From an uncultured bacterium (GTDB lineage Bacteria > Verrucomicrobiota > Verrucomicrobiia > Verrucomicrobiales > DEV007): a stretch of 46,688 bases of DNA. The notes beneath the pieces are model-generated. The model had not been told where the DNA came from. It did not search any database and saw nothing but the letters and a program-made list of their open reading frames with translations. Below, in pieces: positions 9,231 to 19,153 of the stretch (its first letter is position 1; the number at the start of each line of letters is the position of its first letter). Location of the stretch: positions 1-46,688 of the forward strand of contig CAXBMO010000036.1 in assembly GCA_963977015.1 (NCBI GenBank), written 5' to 3'. A program made the position numbers and the translations under genes.

Positions 9231-10616
9231 CTAGTTTGTTGGGGTTTTAAAAACATCAATTTCGCCGAAAAACGTGTGCTGCGCCGGCAATCCGTCCGGC
9301 ATCGGGGTCGGAATCACCTGGAACAACAGGTAACGAAACGTGCCGATCGACGGCGCGTTGGAATGAATCGCGCAAGCCTGCTGAGCCGGCCGGTCGGGCT
9401 CGTCCTCCACGCCGAAAAATGCATCGGTGTCCACCCGGGCAATCCGGGTCCACCCCACCGCACTCCTGGCCGACGGCATCGTCGCGGGTTTCTCCCTTCC
9501 ACAGCCCCAAAGCGTATAGCGCTGCACCGCGCGCTTCCTCGCCCCGGGCTCAACCTCGCTGAGATGCCACGAATAGGTGTGGATTCTCGAAACCGGAATC
9601 TCGCGTCCCAGGTCCAGCAGAATCGTTCCCTCGGCTCCATTCGGAAAGAAGAACGACTCGCCCGGTTGATCGCGCCCCGTCTGCGCCTTGCCGTCGAGAA
9701 GAAGCTCGGGCGGGCCACTTTCCTGGTGCGGCAAATTCTCGCGCCCCTTCCCATCTCGGCTGATCAACACCACGCTTCCCCTCCCCTGTTGCAACCCGGC
9801 CTCATCATCCCGGGACGGTGGCGGAATCGTGGGGAACGAAAACGCGGGCGTCTCATCCCCCTGCTCGATCCGGATCATGACCGGCGTGTCACCCGGCTCG
9901 ATGCCGAACCCGCTCCCCTTCCCCAATCGCTCCTGGGCAAACCCTTTCACCTCAACATCCACCGCACCCGAGGAAACGTGCATCTGGCTGAAACCGTCCG
10001 GACTGGCGGTGGTGAGAAACTCCGTCCCCTGGTCCATGAACTTCCCGGTATGCGTCTCAATCGTGAACCCGTGGGACTCCTCGGTATCGGCCTGGGAACG
10101 GGCCTCCCCATAGTAGAGAAATCCGCCATTGCCGGAAAGAACCTCAAAGAGCGCCGGCCCATGAATCCGCGTCAACGCGCCGGTTCGGAAACGCACTTCC
10201 ACACTCCCGGACGCCAACCGAAGCTGATCTCCGGACCTCAGCCGCTGCCCTTCCATCATCGCATCCGAGAGCCATCTCGCCTTCGCCGCCGAGGCAATCA
10301 CGGCCTCCTCAGTTCGCAACAGCAACGGCGCCAGCAAGACCAACCCCATCAGGCAACATCCCACCAGTCCCGCCGCGAGAATCCAGGATCTTCGCGACAA
10401 CGCCGGAAGCACCACCCCCGGCCTCGCCGACGGCTCCTGTTTGCTCGCGATTTCACGCAACAACGTGTCCATCTTCACCGCGCCAAAGTATTGGTCCCGC
10501 TTCCGGGGATCGCTCCGCAGCGTCGCCTTCAGCTCGGCAAACTCCTCTTCGCCAAGGGTCCCGTTCAAATAGCGGTCGACCAAATCCAACCAATCCGATG
10601 ACGATTCCGGCTTCAT
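9231..10616 (-). CDS. FecR-domain anti-sigma factor
   Basis: N-terminal helical domain, TM helix, LRLASGSVEV..GPA..DQGTEF..HVSSGAVDV FecR motifs; ATGA overlap with the sigma gene stop fixes the start at 10616. Confidence 0.85.
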   Translation of the reverse strand: MKPESSSDWLDLVDRYLNGTLGEEEFAELKATLRSDPRKRDQYFGAVKMDTLLREIASKQEPSARPGVVLPALSRRSWILAAGLVGCCLMGLVLLAPLLLRTEEAVIASAAKARWLSDAMMEGQRLRSGDQLRLASGSVEVRFRTGALTRIHGPALFEVLSGNGGFLYYGEARSQADTEESHGFTIETHTGKFMDQGTEFLTTASPDGFSQMHVSSGAVDVEVKGFAQERLGKGSGFGIEPGDTPVMIRIEQGDETPAFSFPTIPPPSRDDEAGLQQGRGSVVLISRDGKGRENLPHQESGPPELLLDGKAQTGRDQPGESFFFPNGAEGTILLDLGREIPVSRIHTYSWHLSEVEPGARKRAVQRYTLWGCGREKPATMPSARSAVGWTRIARVDTDAFFGVEDEPDRPAQQACAIHSNAPSIGTFRYLLFQVIPTPMPDGLPAQHTFFGEIDVFKTPTN

Positions 10617-11152
10617 CCTTCTGAAAAACGCCCCTCCAGTTTTTCCGTCACGCACTGCTCAAGCTTCGATCGAATTCGCCGGATTTGTTTGTAAAGACTG
10701 TTGCGCGTTCGCCCGCTCGCCTCGGCCAACCGGGTCAACAGTCCGTGCCCCTGGTAGGGCGCCAACACCAATTGACGGCTCGAATCGCTCACCGCCTCCA
10801 GGCATTCCTCCAGCACCGCCTGCTCGCGAATGAGATCCGGCTCCACCTGCTCCTCCTCGTGCTTCGCCAACAGCTCCAACAAATCCGGATCGAACACATT
10901 CCGGTCCCGCGCCTTCGTCCGGCAATACTTCTGCGCCTCAAACCGCACCACGCACTTGCCCCACGGCAAAAACCCGCCCGGCAAATCCACCTGATCCAGC
11001 TTTCGCCACATGATCAGGCTCGCGTTCTGAATCACCTCATCCACCGCATCCCACGTCGGAAGCAGGCTCCGGGCACAGGCACGAAACGCCGATTCGTGGC
11101 GCGCAAACAGCGTCTCGAACTCAACGTCAGAAGATGTGGGGTTTTCAGCCAA
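10613..11152 (-). CDS. ECF sigma-70 factor (Rhodopirellula/Verrucomicrobium type)
   Basis: DEVIQNASLIMWRK..FLPW region 2; region 4 SLYKQIRRIRSKLEQCV; TTG start as in ORF track. Confidence 0.9.
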   Translation of the reverse strand: MAENPTSSDVEFETLFARHESAFRACARSLLPTWDAVDEVIQNASLIMWRKLDQVDLPGGFLPWGKCVVRFEAQKYCRTKARDRNVFDPDLLELLAKHEEEQVEPDLIREQAVLEECLEAVSDSSRQLVLAPYQGHGLLTRLAEASGRTRNSLYKQIRRIRSKLEQCVTEKLEGRFSEG

Positions 11153-11271
11153 GGAATCGGATCAATCGGACATTCAACACCAGTAACTCCCACCTTGATC
11201 CAAATCGGCCCAAAATGGACCATTTTCTTTTCCCGATCCATGAATCCGGTCTCAGCGGCGGAGTCTTTGGG

Positions 11272-11545
11272 GCGGAATTTCTGGCGAATTCCGCTACAGA
11301 CGTCGAGGATTTCTCACGCAGAGCCGCGGAGACGCAGAGATCATCAAGAATCCTCTGCGGCTTTGCGTCTCTGCGTGAGGATTTCGTTGTAGAGGAATCC
11401 GCGAGGAATTCCTGGGTAAAGGAATCCGTAAGGAATTCTCCCGCATCCCCAGGCAGCCAACTCCACGGCCGGCACAGGATTCGCGACTTTCGGATTCCAG
11501 CCCGGCGCAGGTGAGGGACTCACGCAGAGCCGCAAAGTCGCAAAG
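11272..11545. repeat. Cluster of REP-like palindromes: GTAG-type REPs (11272-11297 minus; 11389-11413 and 11416-11439 plus) and CTCACGCAGAG inverted-repeat family (11313-11339/11353-11379; third copy ~11519-11545)
   Basis: GTAG followed by imperfect hairpin (GTAG-AGGAATCC-GCGA-GGAATTCCT; GTAG-CGGAATT-CGCCAG-AAATTCCGC); 27-nt imperfect inverted pair around a 13-nt spacer. Confidence 0.8.
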
Positions 11546-11938
11546 GATTCAGGAACGGCAATGAGAACGAACCTGAAGGAGGCAGGCCAATCCTGTTCAG
11601 GCGTTTCAGAGGGGGGCGGATTATTTGGCGATGCTGTTTTCGAATAACGTGAAATCCTGAACCATCGCGCTTAGCGATTTCGGGGCTGTCCAAATACAAC
11701 CATTCGGGAGGGTGCGAATCCCCTGTGGGCTAGTCGATTCCCTGTGTACGCTTCATCAATGCTGTTCCGCCAGCCATTTGCCGTAAAGGACGAATGGAGG
11801 TAGTCCTTGGTCGCGCGGCGGCTTCCGCGATTCTTCTCTGGCTTAGCTAACATGAACGCAACACTCGGTAGCGACTACTGGCTAGGTTTTATCACAAGAT
11901 AACTTTCAAATCATAAGAAACGCCTCGCTTCGCTTGGC

Positions 11939-11997
11939 GCACAACGGATGCGCTCATCCGACGCGATCAGCGTTCGGGGTGGAGCGCTTTGTTTGTC
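11939..11997 (-). other. Isolated attC site (59 bp)
   Basis: Minus strand GACAAAC-AAAGC-GCTCCACCCCGA...TCGGATGAGC-GCATCC-GTTGTGC: AAC/GTT core triplets, paired L boxes with extra bases, same length as the attC at 43316-43374. Confidence 0.7.
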
Positions 11998-12122
11998 CTT
12001 GGTATTCGTTTTTGTTCGGTTTCGTCTGGGTTGGTGGCTTTTGACTTGGGAATTGGGATCTGCGCATGCGTAACTTGTTTTTCGGCCTGTGTATTCCAGC
12101 TAGCATGCCGTTAGATTTGGTG

Positions 12123-15100
12123 TCATCGCTCGGATTGCTGAGACTCGACGACGGCTTTGGCCGCTTGGTTTTTTAACTCTGCTGACCATTGATGCCAGTC
12201 GGTCGGGGCTCCGGCTTGATCTGCTATTTGCTGGATAACTTGTTGAGGGAGTTGAGCAAGGAGTTGGTCTACGGTAACTCCACCGGTTTTATGTCCCGAG
12301 ATTTGCTGAGCTCCTTCTTGAGGGAGCATTTCAAGTAGGTCTTGTGACAAAGAACGCTGATCGATATCAGGGGCTGGCAGTCGATCCGCATTTTTTTCAA
12401 CAGATTTGATGTATTCGTCCCGTTCACTGTGGTATGCCTGCTCCTCTTTGCGCAGGGGGGCGAGGAGCCGCTCCAAGCGTGGTTGCGCCTCGGCCAACGC
12501 TTCCAACCGCGACATCAGGTGCCACCAACCTTCCTCTCGCACTTGGGCGCAGGCGATTTGTAAGTTGTCCAGGCTGGGTTCTATCTCGCATTGAAGCACG
12601 GCGAGGTCGGCTCGGCGGCGTTCGTAGCGATGCTGATCGATCAGCCCTTTGGCTTTTTCGAGCCATTTCTGTGCTGCATTGGATTCGCCTGTAACGGCGC
12701 CAACGACAGCGCGTTGCCCTCCAAGGCGGCATTCCATCTGACCCCGCAAAAGATAGGCCTCGGCCAAAAACAGGGGCATAGGCCCGCGCTGTGCCCGGGT
12801 CTCGGCTTCGTTCAGAGCCGCTTCGATAGCGGCGCGATCGGGAGCCGAAGCGAGGAGGAGGATCTCGGCTTGGGCGAGGTAGCCTCGGGGGATGTGGTCT
12901 TCGCTGTTGGCTTCGAGGATGCGGGCGAGGAAGTCGAAAGAGGGGGCTGCGTCCTGATGGGCTTGGGCTCGGGCGGCGTTGAGTTCGTCGAGGCCGATAG
13001 GGAGGAGCAAGTTGTTTTGTTGGTGCAGCTGTAACGAATAGGCGACGCGCTCGCGGACCTCTTGGGGGCGTTGGCGGGCGAGGAGGAGATCGCCGTAGAG
13101 GAAGCCTGAGAGGGAATAGAGGCGGGGGAGCTGGGGCTGGCGCTCGCGCTGGAGTTCCTCGGCCTCGCGGAAGCGCGCCTCCGCCTCGCCCAGGCGACCG
13201 GCGGCGAGGAGGGCGTTGGCGTCTGCGTTGGCGCGTTTGCTCATCCGCTGGAAGAGATCGCCGGACTGGTCGGCGTAGGAGACGGCGTCTTGGGCGGTGG
13301 GCAGGGCCCCCGGCTCGCCCGCCTCGTCCCGCTCCAGGTGGCCAAGAGTGAGGAGGAGTTCGCTGAGGTTTCCGTGGCCGACGGCCGTGTGCTTCCAGTT
13401 TTCTTCTTGATCAGTCAAGCGGGCGTACTCACGAAAGGGAGCGACGGCGTCGGGGAGTCGGCCGATGGCGCGCAAGCGGAAGCCCGCTAGGTTGAGGACC
13501 AAGACCTGATCGGAAGGCTGGAGGTGGGGATGGGGGGTGGAAAAGGGCGAGAGCGGCTCGTCCGTCTCCGGGTGCCGGGTGAGAAAGAAGCTGGCCAGGG
13601 CGGCGAGGTCCTGGCCGTAGAGTCCGAGTTTGTGGACGGCATACTTCTCGTTGCCCCGGGAGATGCGAGGCCAATAGACCTCATTGAAGCATTCGTCGTG
13701 CCGCCCCGCCAGGCAGCCATGGCCGATGGCGGCGAAGAGCGGTGTCATCCCCGCTTCGTCGGCGGGGAGGAAAGTTTGCAGGGCGGTTTCCCAATCCGAG
13801 TTGTCGATTAAGGTTGCCGAAGCCTTTAACTGTTCTGAAGAAGCTGGCCTAAGGCATGGAGGTAGGACATCCCATTCGGGCAGCGTCCCTTTGGAGATCG
13901 ACTCGTTGAACCGAACTTTGAAGTCGGGAAAGGCACCGCAAAAAGCCAAGACCCCATAAGCCACCGGATCCCGAAACGCCTCCCGCAACCCCGCAAAGCG
14001 AAACCAATCATAGAGCCGCCCATGCGTCGCTCGGAACGCTTCCGGGTATTGCGTCTCCAGCTGATGGCCGAAGTATTCCCGGATGAGCGGGTGGCAGTCC
14101 ACGTGGTGCTGGTGCCATCCCTTGTCTACGGCAACGCTCTCCCACTCCGCGTGCCCACCTTCCACGGTGGTGAGCCGGGCTTTGGAGACGAGGCCTTGCC
14201 CGTTGAGCTGTTGCAGGGCGTTGGTGACGCTGCGGGGGCCTTGATCGAACCGGGCGAAGACGGGCGGAAGCCAGTAGTGGAAGGAGAGCTGGTAGAACCG
14301 GTCTTCAAAGCGGTGCCGCGCGGCGAGGCGATCGTCGTCGCTGGCGTTGGGATCGTTGAGGACCTGGTCCCGTTTGGCGGCCTCCGCTTCCACCTGACGC
14401 AGATACTCCGCCTTGTCTTCCGGTTGCATGTGCACGGCGTCCCGCAGTTCTTCCGGGGCATCGTAGACCACTGGCAGCAGATCCAGAGCGGCGGGTCGAT
14501 CGAAGAGGCCGAGGAAGTAGAGCAGGGCCAGTTGATTGGCGGCGGGGGAATCCGCGATGGATTCCTGGGCGCTCATGCGTTGCAGCCGATGGTGCAAGAC
14601 GCGGTAGAGCCCCACTTCCAAAGCGCGCATGACGCGGAAGGGGCTGCGATGGTTCTCGTGGATGCGGGAGTCGTCGTGCAGATGGGGCAAGACGTCGGCA
14701 AAGGCCTTGATCTGACCTTCGTAGCTGTTGGCCACTAGGTGGGCTGCTAGGTTAAGAGACAACGCATGATTTCTAAGTCCTTCTATGGAACGTACGAACT
14801 CCACCCTTACGGGCTCAGGCAATTCGGGATGAGTGTCTTGTGGGAAGGTAACGGCCTCGATGCCACGATCTCGGAGCAACTCGATAGCAGCTTCGGTGGG
14901 AAGCTGGTCCAGGACGCGGGACTGGAAGCCGCTGTGGTCCGAGAGTTCGTGGATACGGATCCGGGTGGTGACGATGGTGAGTCCCTGGCCGATGTCCGCT
15001 AGGCGACGGAGGAGGGCTTTGACCCCCTGATCCTTGATCCCGCCAAAGTGATGGCTATGGACGTTATAACCGCCGGCGGCATACTGAAGGGGTTCCAAGC

Positions 15101-18100
15101 CGTCCAGGACTAGGAGGGTGCGCTGATAGGCAATGAGCTCGGCGAGCTGGATGCCCTGATCATAGGGTGCGTCGGGCAGCCCGTCTTTGCCTTCGGGATG
15201 GAAATGGGCGTAGGCGGCCTCGAAGAAATCCGCAGCGTGGGCCTGCTTGTCCTCGCTGGAGCCCTGGGAGTAGAAGGACCATATGAAGACGGAGTCCAAG
15301 GCAGGCCAGCCCTGTGCCTTGAGCTGGTGGACGAAGTGGTCGATGAGGGCAGTCTTTCCGGAGCCTCCCATGGCGTCGTAAGCAACGATGCGAGTGTTTG
15401 CGTCACGCAGATCGTTGAACAGTTGGGCGATTTCGGCTTCGCGGCCATAAAGCTTGCCGGTGTAGGTGGCGGGGAGGCAGTTGGTGTTGAAACTTACATT
15501 TCGTCTGGGGAGAGCGGGGCTCAGGTTGACTATGTCGTGGCCATCGAGAAGCGCGGCCTCGCAGTCTTCGATGCGCACGCCTATGATCTGCTTTCCCAAA
15601 GAACGGGCCAGTTCGATCTCTTTGGCGACCCAAACCGACGCCATAGAGTAGTGCGAAACGATAACATAGAATCTGTGGCATTTCTGAATCCCCTGTTCGA
15701 TTTCACTCCAGAACCCGGCTCCGGCAGGAATGCTGCGGACATCATTAAAGGTGACCTCTTCCTTATGAAGCTGGCGGATAAGTGCCTCAAATTCTCCAAC
15801 ATAGGAGTCGTCTGCTGAGCTGTGGCTGAGAAAAATGGAGGTCGCGGCTATCCTATGGTCAATGATGTCGTTGTGTTCGAAAAGAGGAAAAGCGTCACAG
15901 CCGTCGATGCGGATGGGAACTATTTTCTTCCCTAGGTTGCGGGCTAGCTCCACTATTTTGAGGATCCATTCCGACGCCAATGAGTAGCGGGAAACAATGA
16001 TCACCAAGGCTTCGCACGCGGGAATACCTCGCTCAATCTCAGGCCAACGCTCGCCCCTAGCAGGTATGGTGAGGACTTCTCCTAATACCTCTGTCTCTTG
16101 CTGTGTGGACAGGAAAGACTTAACGTCGGCAAGGTGGCGTTCATCCGGCAAACTGTAACTCAGGAGGCTGAAGTCAATCAGTCGAAAATATGCCAAGAGC
16201 AACTCTGGCTCTTCCAGGAAACAGTTCAATCCAGCATCTTCGTATCCCAGCCTCTTCCGCAGTTCTCGCGTAGCATCTCTAAATCTTCGAAATGGCTCGA
16301 CAGGCTCATCGCCTGAGAAAGCCCAAAGGACTCCTCTCTCTTCTGCGATTTTGCATTCTTCCAGGCACAGGTCGAAGCGCGGCGAATGGGCGGGGAGGAT
16401 CGCAAAAATTCGCTTTGCATGCGCCAACGCTTGAAGAAGCTCATGGATGTCTGCATCTGCGGCATTCGTTCGTGTTCGTCTATCGCGCCAGACTTTGATG
16501 CCCCGATCGGCCAATGCCTTGTGAAGTTTTTCCGCGGCATCAATTTCCTCCGGGCAATAACTGATGAAAACGTCAGGATGAAGGACGTTGGACGGCGGGA
16601 TTGTTTCAACCCGAGTGCCTTGGCCCGATGCCGAGTTGGAATCAGGCCGCCGAACAACGACGCGGCGCTCGGAATCGGAATCAACTGGATCGCCGAGTTC
16701 CTCATCAAGACCCGCCAAAAACGGAGTATCCAGATTCTGAGTAATCGCCCAATCCACTTTTGCGATCAAATACCGACGAACCTCGTCGCCTGAGTAATCC
16801 GACAGATTTCGAAATCGGTATCGAATGGCTTGATCAGGCTCGGAAGATCGTTCAACCAAGCCGCTGGCGAGGAACTCGAGCAAAATGGAGGCATGGAATG
16901 CAGGGAAATATTGATCCAGGACTCGATACAGAATGGACGGAGAGAGTTCTGGTAGTGCGCTTGCCGCGCCTGCGAAACGAATGGCATCGGCGGAAAGACT
17001 GTCGAGCAGTTCCTTGAGGAGTGGAAGGTTGGGCGAATCCGGCGCGGACGAAGGAAACGCTTCCGGGGGAACGCTAGTGAACTCCAAGGCGGCAAAGCGT
17101 GAGTCACGTCGTGGAGCCGTGACGAAGCGTGCCCACGCCGCAACGATTTCCCTTTCGAAAGGGACCAATAAGAAGGGATACTTCCCTCTGCTGTCGATTT
17201 CCTCCTGACACCACCGAAGTCTTCCCGGGACGCTAAGGCGAGATGGCTTCCTGGTTTGGCGAATGAGGGGATGCACGCTGGCGATGCGTTCCGGAAGCGG
17301 CGTGAAGATCGAGCATAGAAATCGACGGGACAGATGATTGAAGAGACCAAAGAGTTGCTCAAGCTCATGCGGGGAACTGGAGATCAAATCGCCGAAGCCG
17401 ATAACAAGAGTTCTTTCCCGCGGCTCCGAAATGACAACGGGTTTCTGACCTCCAGAGGCCGTCCTTCTCAACAATTGAGGTGTGCCGTCACCTCGAAAGC
17501 TCACTTGTAGGTTCACCACTTTGAATCCCAGGTGACTCGAGAAGAACGCGTTCAGATCCCGGATATAGAGTTCCCAAAGTGGAGCGAGACGCGAGGAACA
17601 ATCGACGAGATAGATCGTAGGATGAAGTCGGCCTTGTGTTTGATACTCCGGGCGAAAGACCTGGGTACGGGCATAGGAATCCACGGTCTTGGGTTCATCC
17701 AAGGAGGCCGTCTGCCGGGACCCATGAAGCTTCAGGAGAGGGAGGAAGACTTGTTCCCAGTGGCGGCAACGGCGCTGGGTGGTTTGAAGAAGCTCAAGCC
17801 GAAGAGCTTGGGCGCGAGAAACCCCAATTTCGATGATATGCTCAGGCGGCGTGGAAGGGCCGACATCGGCATCAATCTTATCTTGCTGGATCAGCGCAGC
17901 GCGAATTCTCTGGTCCCAATCCGGCTTTACAGGGCGAAACTCCCGGGACGCTGATGGTGAGGGTTCCGGTCTATCTTCTCTTTTCTGATTCGCTTCGACG
18001 TCTTCTTGGATCGATTTCGATTCGGAGGACCGATGGCTTTTGGCTTTGGGACCTTGCCGCAATGCCCAGTAAAGGAGGAACTCCTCTATGGAGACCATTT

Positions 18101-18149
18101 TATGGCGGTTGGTAAGGTCCTGGATTTGATCTTCAATCATGAGCCACAA
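12123..18149 (-). CDS. vWA-like (SAV_2336-type N-terminus) + 3x TIR + STAND NTPase + TPR-like effector of a MoxR-vWA ternary conflict system
   Basis: LDEPKTVDSYA..YLVDCSSRL..W vWA-like module; TIRs starting DVFISY (~16574), FSLLSY (~16172), IFLSHS (~15837); Walker A AMGGSGKT, Walker B LLVLDGLE; helical repeat C-terminus. Start may be ATG 18140. Confidence 0.85.
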   Translation of the reverse strand: MWLMIEDQIQDLTNRHKMVSIEEFLLYWALRQGPKAKSHRSSESKSIQEDVEANQKREDRPEPSPSASREFRPVKPDWDQRIRAALIQQDKIDADVGPSTPPEHIIEIGVSRAQALRLELLQTTQRRCRHWEQVFLPLLKLHGSRQTASLDEPKTVDSYARTQVFRPEYQTQGRLHPTIYLVDCSSRLAPLWELYIRDLNAFFSSHLGFKVVNLQVSFRGDGTPQLLRRTASGGQKPVVISEPRERTLVIGFGDLISSSPHELEQLFGLFNHLSRRFLCSIFTPLPERIASVHPLIRQTRKPSRLSVPGRLRWCQEEIDSRGKYPFLLVPFEREIVAAWARFVTAPRRDSRFAALEFTSVPPEAFPSSAPDSPNLPLLKELLDSLSADAIRFAGAASALPELSPSILYRVLDQYFPAFHASILLEFLASGLVERSSEPDQAIRYRFRNLSDYSGDEVRRYLIAKVDWAITQNLDTPFLAGLDEELGDPVDSDSERRVVVRRPDSNSASGQGTRVETIPPSNVLHPDVFISYCPEEIDAAEKLHKALADRGIKVWRDRRTRTNAADADIHELLQALAHAKRIFAILPAHSPRFDLCLEECKIAEERGVLWAFSGDEPVEPFRRFRDATRELRKRLGYEDAGLNCFLEEPELLLAYFRLIDFSLLSYSLPDERHLADVKSFLSTQQETEVLGEVLTIPARGERWPEIERGIPACEALVIIVSRYSLASEWILKIVELARNLGKKIVPIRIDGCDAFPLFEHNDIIDHRIAATSIFLSHSSADDSYVGEFEALIRQLHKEEVTFNDVRSIPAGAGFWSEIEQGIQKCHRFYVIVSHYSMASVWVAKEIELARSLGKQIIGVRIEDCEAALLDGHDIVNLSPALPRRNVSFNTNCLPATYTGKLYGREAEIAQLFNDLRDANTRIVAYDAMGGSGKTALIDHFVHQLKAQGWPALDSVFIWSFYSQGSSEDKQAHAADFFEAAYAHFHPEGKDGLPDAPYDQGIQLAELIAYQRTLLVLDGLEPLQYAAGGYNVHSHHFGGIKDQGVKALLRRLADIGQGLTIVTTRIRIHELSDHSGFQSRVLDQLPTEAAIELLRDRGIEAVTFPQDTHPELPEPVRVEFVRSIEGLRNHALSLNLAAHLVANSYEGQIKAFADVLPHLHDDSRIHENHRSPFRVMRALEVGLYRVLHHRLQRMSAQESIADSPAANQLALLYFLGLFDRPAALDLLPVVYDAPEELRDAVHMQPEDKAEYLRQVEAEAAKRDQVLNDPNASDDDRLAARHRFEDRFYQLSFHYWLPPVFARFDQGPRSVTNALQQLNGQGLVSKARLTTVEGGHAEWESVAVDKGWHQHHVDCHPLIREYFGHQLETQYPEAFRATHGRLYDWFRFAGLREAFRDPVAYGVLAFCGAFPDFKVRFNESISKGTLPEWDVLPPCLRPASSEQLKASATLIDNSDWETALQTFLPADEAGMTPLFAAIGHGCLAGRHDECFNEVYWPRISRGNEKYAVHKLGLYGQDLAALASFFLTRHPETDEPLSPFSTPHPHLQPSDQVLVLNLAGFRLRAIGRLPDAVAPFREYARLTDQEENWKHTAVGHGNLSELLLTLGHLERDEAGEPGALPTAQDAVSYADQSGDLFQRMSKRANADANALLAAGRLGEAEARFREAEELQRERQPQLPRLYSLSGFLYGDLLLARQRPQEVRERVAYSLQLHQQNNLLLPIGLDELNAARAQAHQDAAPSFDFLARILEANSEDHIPRGYLAQAEILLLASAPDRAAIEAALNEAETRAQRGPMPLFLAEAYLLRGQMECRLGGQRAVVGAVTGESNAAQKWLEKAKGLIDQHRYERRRADLAVLQCEIEPSLDNLQIACAQVREEGWWHLMSRLEALAEAQPRLERLLAPLRKEEQAYHSERDEYIKSVEKNADRLPAPDIDQRSLSQDLLEMLPQEGAQQISGHKTGGVTVDQLLAQLPQQVIQQIADQAGAPTDWHQWSAELKNQAAKAVVESQQSER

Positions 18150-18155
18150 GGGATG

Positions 18156-19145
18156 CTAGCCCAGGTAATGGAAAGCGAGGGTCCTTCGAAGCTCCTCGGG
18201 AACATCCGTGTGGGAAAGAAACAGCATGTTGATCAATTGATCGACGGACCTCCCGTCCAATTCACCGAGGTCCCCTGTGGGCAAGTTCGCGTTCTCCACA
18301 ATGCGCTGAACTTGGCCAGCGCTGGGATTCGCCATTTCGTACCTCAGCACACGGCGAAGGAAGGCTGGCGGGAGGTCTCGAGTTTGATTGCTGGTGAAAA
18401 GAATGAGAGGAAACTCAAGGCACTCTACGTATCCGTTGGTCAAAACCACATTGGGACGCCTATCGGCGGTGGCAACGGGAATGGGCTGCCCAAGCTGATT
18501 GTGGATTCTCGCGAGTTCAGGAATGTCAAATGCCCCTTCATCGAGGATCGAAAGCAGGTTGTGAGGAAGATCATAATCTGATTTGTCGATTTCGTCGATT
18601 AACACAACTCGAGGCCGTAGCCCAGGAAGAAGGGCTGTGCCGAGAGGACCTAACTGAAAGTAAATACCCTCCTCCTTGGCCCTCTGCTTCCTTGATCTCC
18701 AACCAAAACTCCCCTCGTGCCCCCTGCGGACGGTAGCTTCCATCCGCGCAATCGCATCATATGAATATAGCCCCTCAGTGAAGGTGGACCGTGAGGTGAG
18801 ATTCCACCGCAAAATGGGTCCGAGTCCCAAAGAGTGCGCAATGAAGTAGGCAAGACTCGTCTTTCCGATTCCTGGTGGGCCTTCTAAAAGGAGCGGGCGC
18901 CGAAGAAGCAGGGCGGCTTTCACAGCAAAAAGTTCATCGCAATCGGCCTCGGAGGAGGCGGAGAGGACATACTGATTCCCCCTTCGCTCCAACTCGTTCT
19001 GTGCGTTTTCCGCAAAGTTCGGATGATAGAAGTTGAATTTCCCTCTCTTTTTCGCCTCGTCAATCCGGCTCTGGTAGGGCCGGATGCTGGGGCCGGGCTT
19101 GATCATCTGATCGTCGTTCTGGAGAATGTCGTCAAAGAAGGTCAT
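18156..19145 (-). CDS. MoxR-family AAA+ ATPase
   Basis: RRPLLLEGPPGIGKT, GLYSYDAIAR, LGPLGTALLP, VLIDEIDKSD, TSNQTRDLPPAFLRR: the MoxR subtype of VMAP systems. Confidence 0.93.
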   Translation of the reverse strand: MTFFDDILQNDDQMIKPGPSIRPYQSRIDEAKKRGKFNFYHPNFAENAQNELERRGNQYVLSASSEADCDELFAVKAALLLRRPLLLEGPPGIGKTSLAYFIAHSLGLGPILRWNLTSRSTFTEGLYSYDAIARMEATVRRGHEGSFGWRSRKQRAKEEGIYFQLGPLGTALLPGLRPRVVLIDEIDKSDYDLPHNLLSILDEGAFDIPELARIHNQLGQPIPVATADRRPNVVLTNGYVECLEFPLILFTSNQTRDLPPAFLRRVLRYEMANPSAGQVQRIVENANLPTGDLGELDGRSVDQLINMLFLSHTDVPEELRRTLAFHYLG

Positions 19146-19153
19146 GGCTACTG

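Noticed and set aside
11671-11853. 60-aa ORF after the orphan attC as a cassette gene
   Set aside because: No recognisable motif and no following attC.
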